Source of the DNA: Deltaproteobacteria bacterium | GTDB lineage: Bacteria; Myxococcota; Kuafuiibacteriia; Kuafuiibacteriales; Kuafuiibacteriaceae | Reading direction: 5' to 3' | Assembly (NCBI GenBank): GCA_040218735.1 | Contig: JAVJQW010000027.1 | Span: 7,518 to 71,517 of the forward strand | DNA: 64,000 nt | Part shown: piece by piece, positions 1 through 8,904 of the stretch | Layout of the letters: every line of letters starts with the position of its first letter | How positions within the stretch are numbered: the first letter of the stretch is position 1 | The notes under the pieces: model-generated | What the model was told of the DNA's origin: nothing | The model's database searches: none | What the model saw: the letters and a program-made list of their open reading frames with translations, nothing else | Program-made: the position numbers and the translations under genes

Positions 1-1682
1 GCGCCGTCGACGCGACCTACGTGTTCCCGGCCTCCACCCACGCGGCGGTCGACGGGCTCACGATGCACATCGGCGACCGACGCATCGAAGCGAAGGTGCA
101 GCCGCGCGGTCAGGCGCGGGCCACGTTCGAGCGCGCCAAGGCGGAGGGCAAGACGGCGACGCTCCTCGAGCAGCACCGTCCGAACGTCTTCCAGTCGAGT
201 GTCTCCAACGTGATGCCGGGGGATCGGATCGACGTGGAGCTGCGGTACACCGAGCTCCTTGTCCCGGAGGAACGGGTCTACGAGATCGTGCTCCCGCAGA
301 TCGTCGCGGAGCGGTTCGGCAAAGCCCCGTGGGGCGGCGCCGCGGATCGCACGCCGCGTTCGCGCGTCGAGGTCGACATCGACGCCGGGATGAAGATCCG
401 CGAGGTCCACGTCGCGTCGCACGACGCCCCCGCCACCGTGCGCGGCGCGAAGGCCAACGCGCGCATCGACGCCCCCGGCGGGTTCACGGACGACGTCGTC
501 GTTCGCTACCGGCTCGACGGCGACCACGTGCAGACCGGCATCCTCCTCGACGAACGCGCCGACGGCGGCAACTTCCTGTTCATGATGCAGCCCCCCGAGC
601 GCGTCGCACCCAACGCGGTCCCGCCGCGTGAGTACGTGTTCGTCGTCGACGTGTCAGGCTCGATGAATGGCTTCCCGCTCGACGTCGCCGCGCACCTGTT
701 GGAGCGACTCGTCGATGGCCTCGGTCCGATGGATCGCTTCAACGTCGTCTGCTTCGCGAGCTCCAACTCCGTTCTCTACGACCGCTCGAAGGCCGCGACG
801 CCCGAGACCCTGAACGAGGCGATTCGTTTCCTGCGCTCCCACCCCTCCGGCGGCACGCAGCTCGGCGGCGCGTTGAAGCGCGCGCTCGACTTCCCGCGCG
901 ACGAAGGGACCTCGACGAGCTTCGTCGTCATTACCGACGGCTTCATCACCGCGGAGCGGAGCACGTTCGAGCTCATCCGTGACAACCGCGGCAACACCAA
1001 CGTGTTCGCGCTCGGCATCGGCACCAACGTGAATCGGTTCCTCATCGAGGGCATCGCGAAGGCGGGTGGCGGACACCCGTTCGTCGTCACGAGCGAGGCC
1101 GACGCCGACCACGAGGCGCGGCGCCTCCTCGCGTACATCGAGTCGCCGGTGCTCACCGACATCCACGTCGCGTTCGAAGGGTTCGACGCCTACGACCTCG
1201 AGCCCCCGACCGTCCCGGACCTCTTCGCCGACCGTCCGATCGTCGTGCTCGGCAAGTACCGCGGCGCGCCGAAGGGCCGCATCGAAGTGACCGGTCACGG
1301 CGGCGGCGCGAAGTTCACGCGGAGCATGACGATGGAGCGCACCGGCGAGCAGAACGCGGCGATCGCCAAGCTCTGGGCGCGCTCGCGCATCGATCACCTC
1401 ACGCTCCTGTACGGGCTCGGTCGTGACAAGAGCGTAGGCGACGAGATCGAGAAGCTCGGCCTCGAACACAACCTCCTCACCGAGCGCACGAGCTTCGTCG
1501 CCGTCGACACCCGCGTCCGAAACGCAGCGCGCCCGCGCACCGTCGCTCACGTCCCGCGTTCGCGCGGGTTCGGCTCGGTGTCCGCGACGCCCGAGCTCGA
1601 CCCGGGCGCGGCCGCCGGCGCGCTGCTCCTCCTCGCGGGGTTGATCGCGATGCGGCTCGATCGCCGCCGTCGCTCGGAGTAG
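1..1682 (+). CDS. VIT + von Willebrand factor A (VWA) domain protein, 5' end outside the window, with a C-terminal sorting tail
   Basis: The frame is open from nt 3 (AVDATYVFPASTHAAVDG..), so the GTG at 21 is internal. 'NVFQSSVSNVMPGDRIDVELRY' is VIT-like. 'YVFVVDVSGSMNG ... GGTQLG ... FVVITDGF' is a VWA MIDAS layout (DxSxS..T..D). The protein ends TPELDP / hydrophobic helix / RLDRRRRSE. Confidence 0.8.
   Translation, partial: AVDATYVFPASTHAAVDGLTMHIGDRRIEAKVQPRGQARATFERAKAEGKTATLLEQHRPNVFQSSVSNVMPGDRIDVELRYTELLVPEERVYEIVLPQIVAERFGKAPWGGAADRTPRSRVEVDIDAGMKIREVHVASHDAPATVRGAKANARIDAPGGFTDDVVVRYRLDGDHVQTGILLDERADGGNFLFMMQPPERVAPNAVPPREYVFVVDVSGSMNGFPLDVAAHLLERLVDGLGPMDRFNVVCFASSNSVLYDRSKAATPETLNEAIRFLRSHPSGGTQLGGALKRALDFPRDEGTSTSFVVITDGFITAERSTFELIRDNRGNTNVFALGIGTNVNRFLIEGIAKAGGGHPFVVTSEADADHEARRLLAYIESPVLTDIHVAFEGFDAYDLEPPTVPDLFADRPIVVLGKYRGAPKGRIEVTGHGGGAKFTRSMTMERTGEQNAAIAKLWARSRIDHLTLLYGLGRDKSVGDEIEKLGLEHNLLTERTSFVAVDTRVRNAARPRTVAHVPRSRGFGSVSATPELDPGAAAGALLLLAGLIAMRLDRRRRSE
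1587..1679 (+). other. Putative exosortase recognition tail (VPEID / PEP-CTERM class)
   Basis: The last 31 aa are TPELDP + GAAAGALLLLAGLIAM (hydrophobic helix) + RLDRRRRSE (basic cluster). This is the tripartite layout of exosortase sorting signals. Confidence 0.65.
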
Positions 1683-1685
1683 TCG

Positions 1686-3077
1686 ATGCGCGCGCCCCTC
1701 GCACTCGGACTGATCCTCGTCGAATACCTCCTCGTGAGCCTCGGGCTCGACTCGAGCGGGACCCCCTGGGGACACGTCGCCGCGTCGGCGGTCGCGGTGG
1801 CGTTCGCCGTCGCGCTCTTCGCCGAAGAGACGCGACGCGCCGTGTTCGAACGACGGATCGAGTCGCGTTCGATCGGGCTGCACGCCATCGCGTTCACGGT
1901 GGTGGCGGCGCTGGTGCTCACCGGCGTCGTCACCTCCACCTTCGTCGTCGCGCTCCTCGCCACGCTCGCCGCGGCGCCGCTGCTCACTCCGCTCATCCCT
2001 GTGTTGTTCACGCCGCGTGCGATCGGCGCCGGGTTCCTCGGCGCGATTGCGTTCGGCGCCGCGCTCTCCTTCGACGTGTTCTGGCCCCACCTCCGCAGCG
2101 CGACGCTCGGCGCGGTGGCGCTGGTGCTCGACGTCGCGGGCGCGGACGTCCTCGCGCACGTCGACGAGGGCATCGTCGGCACCACGGCGTTCGTCGTGCG
2201 CATCGAGCCGGCGTGCTCGGGGATGGAGGGCCTCGGGCTCATGTTCGTGTTCGTCGTCGGAGGGCTGGCTTGGTTCCGAAGCGACCTCGTCCTGTCGCGC
2301 GCGTGGGTGCTCGTCCCGGTGTCGGCCGTGTTGATGCTGGTCCTCAACGTGCTGCGCATCAGCGCGTTGATCGGCGTGGGGCACGCGGGGGCGCCGCAGC
2401 TCGCGCTCGGCGGGTTCCACTCGCGCGCCGGGTGGGTCGGGTTCTGTGCGGTCGCGGCGGGGCTCGTCGAGGTCGCGCGACGGAGCCGCTGGTTGCGCCG
2501 CGACGTCCCGGCGACGTTCGACGCGCCGGCCGTCGCCTACCTCGCGCCGGTCGCAGCGCTGCTCGCCGGGAAGTTGTTCGTCCCGCTGTTCAGCGAGGAC
2601 GCCGAGCTCGCATACGTGATCGCGGCGGCTGCGTCGTTGCTGGCGCTCTTCGCGGTCGGGCGCGACGGGCTGCGTTCCTTGTCGCCGGGGCCGGTCGGTG
2701 TGCCCGTCCTCATCGGCGTCGCGGCGTTCGCCGCCTGGCGTCTGTTCGCGCCGGCGCAGACCTCGACCGAGGCCTGGTGGCTCCACTTCGCGGTGTCCGT
2801 CGTACTCGTCCCGATCGCCGAGGAGCTCGCGTTCCGTGGGTACCTCATGCGGCGACTGGCCAGCGCTACGTTCGAAGAGTCGGAGCCCGGGCGCGCTCCC
2901 GTCTGGGCGGTCGTCGTCAGCTCGGTGGTGTTCGGCGCGGCGCACGAGCAGTTCTTCGCCGCCGTGTTGGCCGGGCTGTTGTTCGCCTGGGTGTACCGCC
3001 GGCGCGGCCGATTGTTCGACGCCGTCGTCGCGCACGCGGTCGCCAACGCCCTCGTCGCATTCGAGGTGCTCCTCTGA
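1686..3077 (+). CDS. Exosortase fused to a CPBP (CAAX-type) intramembrane protease, XrtE-like architecture
   Basis: The multi-TM N-terminal part has exosortase-like motifs 'RIEPACSGMEGLGL' (Cys), 'LNVLRISALIG' (Arg) and 'FHSRAGWVGF' (His). The C-terminal part has CPBP motifs 'EELAFRGYL' and 'FGAAHE ... HAVANA'. The start lies 3 nt after the upstream stop. Confidence 0.8.
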   Translation: MRAPLALGLILVEYLLVSLGLDSSGTPWGHVAASAVAVAFAVALFAEETRRAVFERRIESRSIGLHAIAFTVVAALVLTGVVTSTFVVALLATLAAAPLLTPLIPVLFTPRAIGAGFLGAIAFGAALSFDVFWPHLRSATLGAVALVLDVAGADVLAHVDEGIVGTTAFVVRIEPACSGMEGLGLMFVFVVGGLAWFRSDLVLSRAWVLVPVSAVLMLVLNVLRISALIGVGHAGAPQLALGGFHSRAGWVGFCAVAAGLVEVARRSRWLRRDVPATFDAPAVAYLAPVAALLAGKLFVPLFSEDAELAYVIAAAASLLALFAVGRDGLRSLSPGPVGVPVLIGVAAFAAWRLFAPAQTSTEAWWLHFAVSVVLVPIAEELAFRGYLMRRLASATFEESEPGRAPVWAVVVSSVVFGAAHEQFFAAVLAGLLFAWVYRRRGRLFDAVVAHAVANALVAFEVLL

Positions 3078-3139
3078 GTATACGTGTGTGAGCGCGGCGC
3101 CGAGACTGCGACCTGGGCCGTGTGTAAGCGTACCGGTGG

Positions 3140-4843
3140 ATGGGGCCTCGTTGGTCATGCTTCGTCGTCTTGGTGGGTGCCTGCGCCGCACCGGCGCCGG
3201 AGTCCACGCCGCCACCGGTCGCACCGGGTGAGCCCGAGGCGCGGATCTGGACGGCGCCGAGCGGAGCCGTCGCGCTGCAAGACAAGTTGCGGGCAACGCT
3301 CCCCGTGATCCCCTCGATGGGAGAGCCGAGCCCGAACCGTTGCGCGCAGGCCGCGGCGCCCCTCGCCTTCGACGACGTCACGGTGTGCGCGGGCGTGACG
3401 GGCGGACGTGGCTACATCCACGACTACCGGACGTCCGGGCAGGCGTGGGCCGACGTCGACGGTGACGGCGACCTCGACCTCTACGTCACGGACTCGCTCG
3501 GGCCCAACACGCTGTACGCCAACCGCGGCGACGGGACCTTCGAGGTCTCCGAGATGAACGCGATGGTCGCCGACACGCCGAACGCGAGCGGCGGTGCGCT
3601 GTTCGCCGACTACGACAACGACGGGGACCAGGACCTGTTCGTGCTCAGCTTCGGTCGCAACACGCTCTACCGAAACGACGGCGGCGTGGCGTTCGTCGAC
3701 ATCACCGAGGAGGCGGGCGTCGGCGGCGTCGGTATGGGGCAGACCGGAGCCTTCGGCGACTACGACAACGACGGCTTCCTCGACCTGTACGTGACGAACT
3801 GGGGCTGCTTCCTGTGCGCACCCGAGGGCGAGGACTGGGTGACGTACGGAGCGGACCTGCTCTACCACAACAACGGCGACGGGACGTTCACGGACGTGTC
3901 GGGCCTGATGACCGTGAACGAGCGAACCGGCGCAGGCTACGTTGCGAGCTGGTTCGACTACGACAACGACCTCGACCTCGACCTCTACGTCGTCAACGAC
4001 AAGGGCTACGAGGGTGACCCGGAGCCCGGCTCGGCGATCAACCGCAACGTCCTCTGGGAGAACGTGGGTCCGGGCTGCGCGGGTTGGTGTTTCCGCGAGC
4101 GCGCCATCGAAGCGGGCGCCGACCAACGGCTCGAGGGGATGGGGCTCGCGATCGCGGACTACGACCACGACGACGACCTCGATCTGTTCTTCACGAACAC
4201 CGGGATGCCCGTGCTCCTGGAGAACGACGGGCAGGGCAACTTCACCGACGTCACGGAGCGCGCGGGCGTCGGCTTCGATCACACGAGCTGGGGTGCGGTG
4301 TTCTTCGACTACGACAACGACGGCGACCAGGATCTCTACTACGCCCTCGGGCGGACGTTCGGATACGACAACCCGAACCGTCTCTTCGAGAACCTCGGGG
4401 ACGGCACCTTCGCCGATGTCTCGGACGTCAGCGGTGCCGACGGGGCGACCTACGACATCGGCGTCGCCGCCGGCGACTACGACCAGGACGGTGGCGTGGA
4501 TCTGGTGATTGGGCAGTTCGCCCGCGGCTACCGGCTGCTGCGCAATCGAACGAACGAACGCGAGGGCCACGGGTGGATCTCGGTGCGGCTCGAAGGCGGC
4601 GGACCGATCAACCGCGACGGCATCGGGAGCCGCGTCTTCGTGGAGACCGACGACGGGCGAGTCCAGATGCAGGAGCTGAAGTGTGGCTCGAGCAACGGCG
4701 CCGGCAACGACCTCGCGCTCCACTTCGGGTTGGGCGAGGCGACCCAAGCGCGGGTGTTCGTCCGGTGGCCAGACGGGCTGATCACGTCCGCAACCGGCGT
4801 TGCATCCGGGACTCGGCTCGCGCTGGCCTACCCTGCGAACTGA
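3140..4843 (+). CDS. CRTAC1-family protein (FG-GAP/VCBS repeats + ASPIC/UnbV C-terminal domain), lipoprotein-like signal
   Basis: The signal ends VLVGAC. There are seven Ca-binding-type repeats (DVDGDGDLDLYV, DYDNDGDQDLFV, DYDNDGFLDLYV, DYDNDLDLDLYV, DYDHDDDLDLFF, DYDNDGDQDLYY, DYDQDGGVDLVI). The C-terminus 'NRDGIGSRVFVETDDGRVQMQELKCGSS..GNDLALHFGLG' is typical ASPIC/UnbV. Confidence 0.85.
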   Translation: MGPRWSCFVVLVGACAAPAPESTPPPVAPGEPEARIWTAPSGAVALQDKLRATLPVIPSMGEPSPNRCAQAAAPLAFDDVTVCAGVTGGRGYIHDYRTSGQAWADVDGDGDLDLYVTDSLGPNTLYANRGDGTFEVSEMNAMVADTPNASGGALFADYDNDGDQDLFVLSFGRNTLYRNDGGVAFVDITEEAGVGGVGMGQTGAFGDYDNDGFLDLYVTNWGCFLCAPEGEDWVTYGADLLYHNNGDGTFTDVSGLMTVNERTGAGYVASWFDYDNDLDLDLYVVNDKGYEGDPEPGSAINRNVLWENVGPGCAGWCFRERAIEAGADQRLEGMGLAIADYDHDDDLDLFFTNTGMPVLLENDGQGNFTDVTERAGVGFDHTSWGAVFFDYDNDGDQDLYYALGRTFGYDNPNRLFENLGDGTFADVSDVSGADGATYDIGVAAGDYDQDGGVDLVIGQFARGYRLLRNRTNEREGHGWISVRLEGGGPINRDGIGSRVFVETDDGRVQMQELKCGSSNGAGNDLALHFGLGEATQARVFVRWPDGLITSATGVASGTRLALAYPAN

Positions 4844-4849
4844 AGTTGA

Positions 4850-4867
4850 ATGTCACTTTGATGTCAC
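4850..4867 (+). promoter_or_regulatory. Pho-box-like direct repeat (ATGTCAC-TTTG-ATGTCAC)
   Basis: A perfect 7-nt direct repeat with a 4-nt T-rich spacer (11-nt period). This matches the architecture of the PhoB box CTGTCAT-N4-CTGTCAT. It lies 58 nt upstream of the porin-like ORF start, and a TAGACT -10-like hexamer sits at 4886-4891. Confidence 0.35.
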
Positions 4868-4924
4868 CTGGACGCCATGTTGACGTAGACTCCGGCGATC
4901 GCCCGTCTTCTCCCCTGCCTGTCG

Positions 4925-6106
4925 GTGCTGGCCGCTTCGTTGTGGGCGTCGTCCGCGCTGGCCATACCGACGACCGACACGAGTAGCGGAAGCATCGGGT
5001 ACGTCCCGGGCCACGGCGCGATCGCGCGCTCCGCGGACGGACAGTTCGCCCTCGCCATCCGCATCCGCGGTCAGATGCGTCACACCGCGCGCGCGCCTTC
5101 GTCCGGAGCCGCGCGGCAGGCGTTCGAGATCCGTCGCGCGCGCATCGTGCTCGCGGGGCACCTCTTCGGCCCGGAGAGTCGCTTCAAGCTCGAGTTGGGG
5201 CTCTCGCCCGCGGACCTCGGCGTCGTCGACAACTTGTCCGCCGACCCCGACGAACGCGCGACGCGACGAACGCCGCTCCTCGATCTGTACTTCGAGCTGC
5301 GTCACCTCCGCGACCTCACGGTGCGCATCGGTCAGTACAAGCTCCCGTCGAACCGACAGCGCGTCATCTCGTCCGGGAACCTCCAGCTCGTCGACCGCTC
5401 GATCGTGAATCCGGAGTTCACGCTCGACCGCGACCTCGCGATCGATCTCCGCAGCCGCGACCTCTTCGGGCTCGATCTCTTTCGTTACTACCTCGGGGTC
5501 GCGATCGCTCGCGGCCGCGACAGCCGCGGCTTCGACGACTTCGGCATGATGTACTTCGGCCGCGTCGAGGTGCTCCCGTTTGGACACTTCGCGGACTACT
5601 CCGAGGTCGACTTCGCTCGCACCGAGAAGCTGCGCGCGAGCTTCGGCGCCGCGTACGCCTTCATCGACAACTCCATCGGCCTGCGCCGCCCTTCGGATCC
5701 GGCGCCGGCCGAGGGGGGCACGACGGACAACCACGTCGTGGTCGCGGACACGATCGTGAAGTACGCAGGGTTGACGCTCCAGAGCGAGCTCGGCTGGCGC
5801 CGCGGTCGGCGCAACGTCATCACGAACAACCAGGATGTCACGCCCGCCCGCAACGGTTGGGGGACGATGGTGCAGCTCGGCTACCTGTTCGGCGCCCACC
5901 CGATCGAGGTCGCTGCGCGCTACGGTCGCGTGCGCGGCGCATCCGGAGAGACGAGCCTCGAAGATCGCAACGAGCTCGGCGGGGGCCTCAGCTGGTACTT
6001 CTACGAGCACCCCTTCAAGCTCCAAGCGGACGTGTTTCGGCTGTGGCAGACGCGCATCTCGGACGGAGATCTCCGCGTGCGGGTTCAGCTGCAGGCGTCG
6101 CTTTGA
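4925..6106 (+). CDS. Putative outer-membrane beta-barrel porin (phosphate-selective porin O/P-like)
   Basis: High third-position GC in this frame. Short signal-like N-terminus (..LWASSALA) and an alternating beta-strand-like pattern throughout. The family assignment is by eye only. GTG start, and the signal peptide lacks a basic n-region, so the start is uncertain. Confidence 0.5.
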   Translation: MLAASLWASSALAIPTTDTSSGSIGYVPGHGAIARSADGQFALAIRIRGQMRHTARAPSSGAARQAFEIRRARIVLAGHLFGPESRFKLELGLSPADLGVVDNLSADPDERATRRTPLLDLYFELRHLRDLTVRIGQYKLPSNRQRVISSGNLQLVDRSIVNPEFTLDRDLAIDLRSRDLFGLDLFRYYLGVAIARGRDSRGFDDFGMMYFGRVEVLPFGHFADYSEVDFARTEKLRASFGAAYAFIDNSIGLRRPSDPAPAEGGTTDNHVVVADTIVKYAGLTLQSELGWRRGRRNVITNNQDVTPARNGWGTMVQLGYLFGAHPIEVAARYGRVRGASGETSLEDRNELGGGLSWYFYEHPFKLQADVFRLWQTRISDGDLRVRVQLQASL

Positions 6107-6121
6107 TATGGCCTTGGTCTC

Positions 6122-6496
6122 GTGAAGGTCGCGCTCGGAGTGCTCGCGGTGGCCGCGCTCGTCGTGCTCGTGCTGTGGAGCCTCGGCGATCTCCGCGCCC
6201 GCCCGCCCGGAGCGCTCGGCGTCTGCCCCGACACGCCGCGTGAGCGCGACTTCGAGCTCGCGGCAAAGCGAACCCACGACGCGCAGCTCGATGCGGTGGA
6301 GCGCGCCGCCCGCGCCCTCGCCGAAGGGCACGAGCCGAGTGACGCCGACCAGGACGAGTACTGCGCCTGGGAGCTGGTCACGTCCTGCAAAGCCGCGCCG
6401 GATCTCGCGGCGCTCACCGCGAGCGTCGCCGCCGAGCGGAAGAGGATCGAAGCGGACCGCCAACGCCTGAAGGCGTGTGACTACCTGCGACGTTAG
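6122..6496 (+). CDS. Hypothetical membrane-anchored protein
   Basis: N-terminal TM/signal segment VALGVLAVAALVVLVLWSL, followed by a charged helical region. Codon bias is consistent with coding. Confidence 0.5.
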   Translation: MKVALGVLAVAALVVLVLWSLGDLRARPPGALGVCPDTPRERDFELAAKRTHDAQLDAVERAARALAEGHEPSDADQDEYCAWELVTSCKAAPDLAALTASVAAERKRIEADRQRLKACDYLRR

Positions 6497-6571
6497 GCTC
6501 GATGTGGCCCATGCGCGCGGTCACGTCGGGAAGACGGGACTCATTCCGACTCGCGGGTAGTTTGACCCGAT

Positions 6572-7807
6572 GTGTCCGGCGAAGTCATCGGCTCCGCGCT
6601 CGCGCTGGTCGCCTACGCGCTGATCGCCAACGTGGCGATCGCGTTGGTGCCCCACGAGCCGGCCGTGATCGTCGCCGGCGGGACGCTCGGTGTCGCGCTC
6701 ACGGTGGTGGCGGCGTCGGTCGGGACCGCCCTCGCGGCGTACCTCGACCACCGCCTCTTCGCCGGGATGCTCGAGCGTCGCGCGCGGCCGGAGGGGCTCG
6801 CGCGGTGGCTGCTGGAGCGGTTCGAGCGCGCGCCGTCGGCGGTGCTCGCCGCGAGCGGGTTGCTGCCGGTGCCGACGTGGCCGTTCAAGGTCGCGGCGCT
6901 GACGGTGGGGCTGTCGCGGTGGCGCTACGTCGCCGCGCTGACGGCGGGGCGGGTGCCTCGCTACGCGCTGCTCGCGGCGTTCGGGAGCGCGCTGTCGTTG
7001 CCGACGCCGGTGCTCGTGGCGATCAGCGTCGGCTTCGGCGCGGTGATGGGGATTGGACCCCTGATGAGGAGATTCAAGATGGCGAAAGACAACAACCAGC
7101 AAGCGCAACGCATGACGGACGGGCTCACGGCACGGTGGGAGAAGGAGAACCTCCCCCGCATGGCGGCGGCGCTCCCGGCCTGGGTCACGCCGGATCACCT
7201 CACGGTGCTCGGCCTCGTGGCGGCGGTCGTGATCGCGGCGGGCTACGTGCTGTCGTCGTTCTCACCCGCGTGGCTGTTGCTGGTGGTCGTCGGACTGTTC
7301 TTCCACTGGCTGGGCGACAGCCTCGACGGGACGCTCGCCCGCGTCCGCAAACAGACGCGCGAGCGCTACGGCTACTACGTGGACCGCACGGCCGACGCGA
7401 TCAGCACGGTGCTGATCGGCGTCGCGTTCGGGCTGTCGCCGTACGTGCACCTCTCGGTCGCGATGCTCATGACGATCAGCTACCTCCTGCTCCAGATCTA
7501 CGCGGAGATCTGCGCGTACACCGCGCGTGAGTTCCCGCTCTCGTTCGGTCACCTCGGCCCGACCGAAGCGCGAATCGCGCTCGCGTTGTTCACGGTGCTG
7601 ATGATGTTCCTACCGCCGGCCTCGGTCATCGTCGCCGGCCTGAACGTCACGTGGGTCGACGGCGTCGTGCTCTGCGTGAGCGCCGGCCTGTTCGTCACGT
7701 TCGCGGTGTCCTCGTGGCGCCAGGCGCGCCGCCTCGACGTGCTCGATCGCCAGCAGTGGAAGCTCGCCACCGAGAGCGGCACCGGCTTCCCGCAGATCCG
7801 TGACTAA
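6572..7807 (+). CDS. Fusion: VTT/DedA(YqaA)-like membrane domain + CDP-alcohol phosphatidyltransferase
   Basis: The C-terminal half carries 'GDSLDGTLARVRKQTRERYGYYVDRTADAIS', the CDP-alcohol transferase motif D-G-x2-A-R-x..-G-x3-D-x3-D. The N-terminal ~170 aa are 4-5 TM helices with a DedA/YqaA-like look. Confidence 0.75.
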   Translation: MSGEVIGSALALVAYALIANVAIALVPHEPAVIVAGGTLGVALTVVAASVGTALAAYLDHRLFAGMLERRARPEGLARWLLERFERAPSAVLAASGLLPVPTWPFKVAALTVGLSRWRYVAALTAGRVPRYALLAAFGSALSLPTPVLVAISVGFGAVMGIGPLMRRFKMAKDNNQQAQRMTDGLTARWEKENLPRMAAALPAWVTPDHLTVLGLVAAVVIAAGYVLSSFSPAWLLLVVVGLFFHWLGDSLDGTLARVRKQTRERYGYYVDRTADAISTVLIGVAFGLSPYVHLSVAMLMTISYLLLQIYAEICAYTAREFPLSFGHLGPTEARIALALFTVLMMFLPPASVIVAGLNVTWVDGVVLCVSAGLFVTFAVSSWRQARRLDVLDRQQWKLATESGTGFPQIRD

Positions 7808-8868
7808 CGCGCCTTGTTCACGAGCGACGCGGCCAACGCCTCCGTCATCTCGTAGAAACCTTCGTCCGAGCAGTCCCCGCGCGCGGCGCCCGCCGTCACG
7901 ACGATCTCCTTCGCGAGATCGATCAACTCACCGTTGAGGACACACGAGCTCCCGAAGCGCGTGATCTGCGAGCGCAAGATGAATTGCGCGGCGAGCGCCT
8001 TGCCCAGCTCGATCTGACAGCGCTCGTCGTAGCACGACTTGTACGAGTCGGCCTTCGCCGCCGCGACCTGGTCGGCGAGCACCGACTCCTGCGCGCCGCG
8101 GTCGATCGTCGAGAAACCACCCGCCGCGACGAACACCCGGAGCTGGTCGCCGACGTTCTGCCTCAACAGCGGATCGATCGCTCGCGTCGGATCCGCGGCG
8201 TTGAGATCCCGCACCTCCATCACGGCGACGATCTTCGGGGCGGTCTTCACGGGCGGCGGGGGCGGCGGCGCGCCCTTCAGCGGATCGTCGCGCACGAGAT
8301 CCACCGCGAGCTCGCGCGGTCCCGGTGCGATCACCTGCACGAAGAGGTCCTGATACCCGGGCCGCTTCGCCACGTACTTCGCCGCCTTCTCGCGGACGTC
8401 GCGCGACAGCAGCTCTTCCTCCTCGAACCCCCAGATCCCCGCGAAGGTCCACTCGGTGATCGACAGCGCCGTCATGATCATCGAGCCGAAGGTCAACGAG
8501 ATCACCTTGCCCGGCGTCCCGATGTCCGACTTCGCGATGAGCACGATGCCCACCGTCATCAGCGCGGCGTCGAGGAATCCACCGAGGAACAGCGGGAGCG
8601 TCGACTCCGGGACCTTGTAGCGCTCCGAGACCTCGTAAGCGATCGTGTCCGTGCTCGGCCCGTCACCGACGTGCACCAGCTCCCCGCCCTCGACGCGGTA
8701 GAGCGTCGCCGCGTTGGGCGTCGGCGTGATGCGTAGGTCGTAGCGCTCCTCGCGGACGCGCGTCTCTTCGTGTGAGTACCCGACGAACGTGCTCTGCAGG
8801 ATCCAGCCGCACCCCTGTCCGAAGATCGCGATCGCCGCGGTCGCGACGTGTGCCCCCGACTTCCCCAT
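7804..8868 (-). CDS. Hypothetical membrane/lipoprotein with a C-terminal LpoB/CsgG-like domain
   Basis: Good codon bias. Central TM helices, a poly-Pro linker (PPPPPPP), and a C-terminal 'KIVAVMEVRDLN ... CYDERCQIELGKALAAQFIL' resembling the LpoB/CsgG-type lipoprotein fold (weak, by eye). Confidence 0.6.
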   Translation of the reverse strand: MGKSGAHVATAAIAIFGQGCGWILQSTFVGYSHEETRVREERYDLRITPTPNAATLYRVEGGELVHVGDGPSTDTIAYEVSERYKVPESTLPLFLGGFLDAALMTVGIVLIAKSDIGTPGKVISLTFGSMIMTALSITEWTFAGIWGFEEEELLSRDVREKAAKYVAKRPGYQDLFVQVIAPGPRELAVDLVRDDPLKGAPPPPPPVKTAPKIVAVMEVRDLNAADPTRAIDPLLRQNVGDQLRVFVAAGGFSTIDRGAQESVLADQVAAAKADSYKSCYDERCQIELGKALAAQFILRSQITRFGSSCVLNGELIDLAKEIVVTAGAARGDCSDEGFYEMTEALAASLVNKAR

Positions 8869-8904
8869 CCCGTTCGAACCCTACGCCGAATCGGAGTCGA
8901 TGGG

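Noticed and set aside
654-3296. 880-aa ORF on the minus strand, the longest ORF in the first 3 kb
   Set aside because: It is antisense to two well-supported genes (VIT-VWA and exosortase-CPBP). The translation is Arg/Glu/Asp/His/Pro low-complexity with no motifs. This is the classic high-GC shadow ORF.
3155-4747. 530-aa minus-strand ORF
   Set aside because: It is antisense to the CRTAC1-family gene, whose repeats and ASPIC domain are unambiguous. The translation is Val/Arg/Glu-rich and looks like noise.
4853-6463. 536-aa minus-strand ORF
   Set aside because: It is antisense to the porin-like gene and the small membrane-protein gene. It is Arg/Glu-rich with no signal or motif, and the plus frame has the better third-position GC.
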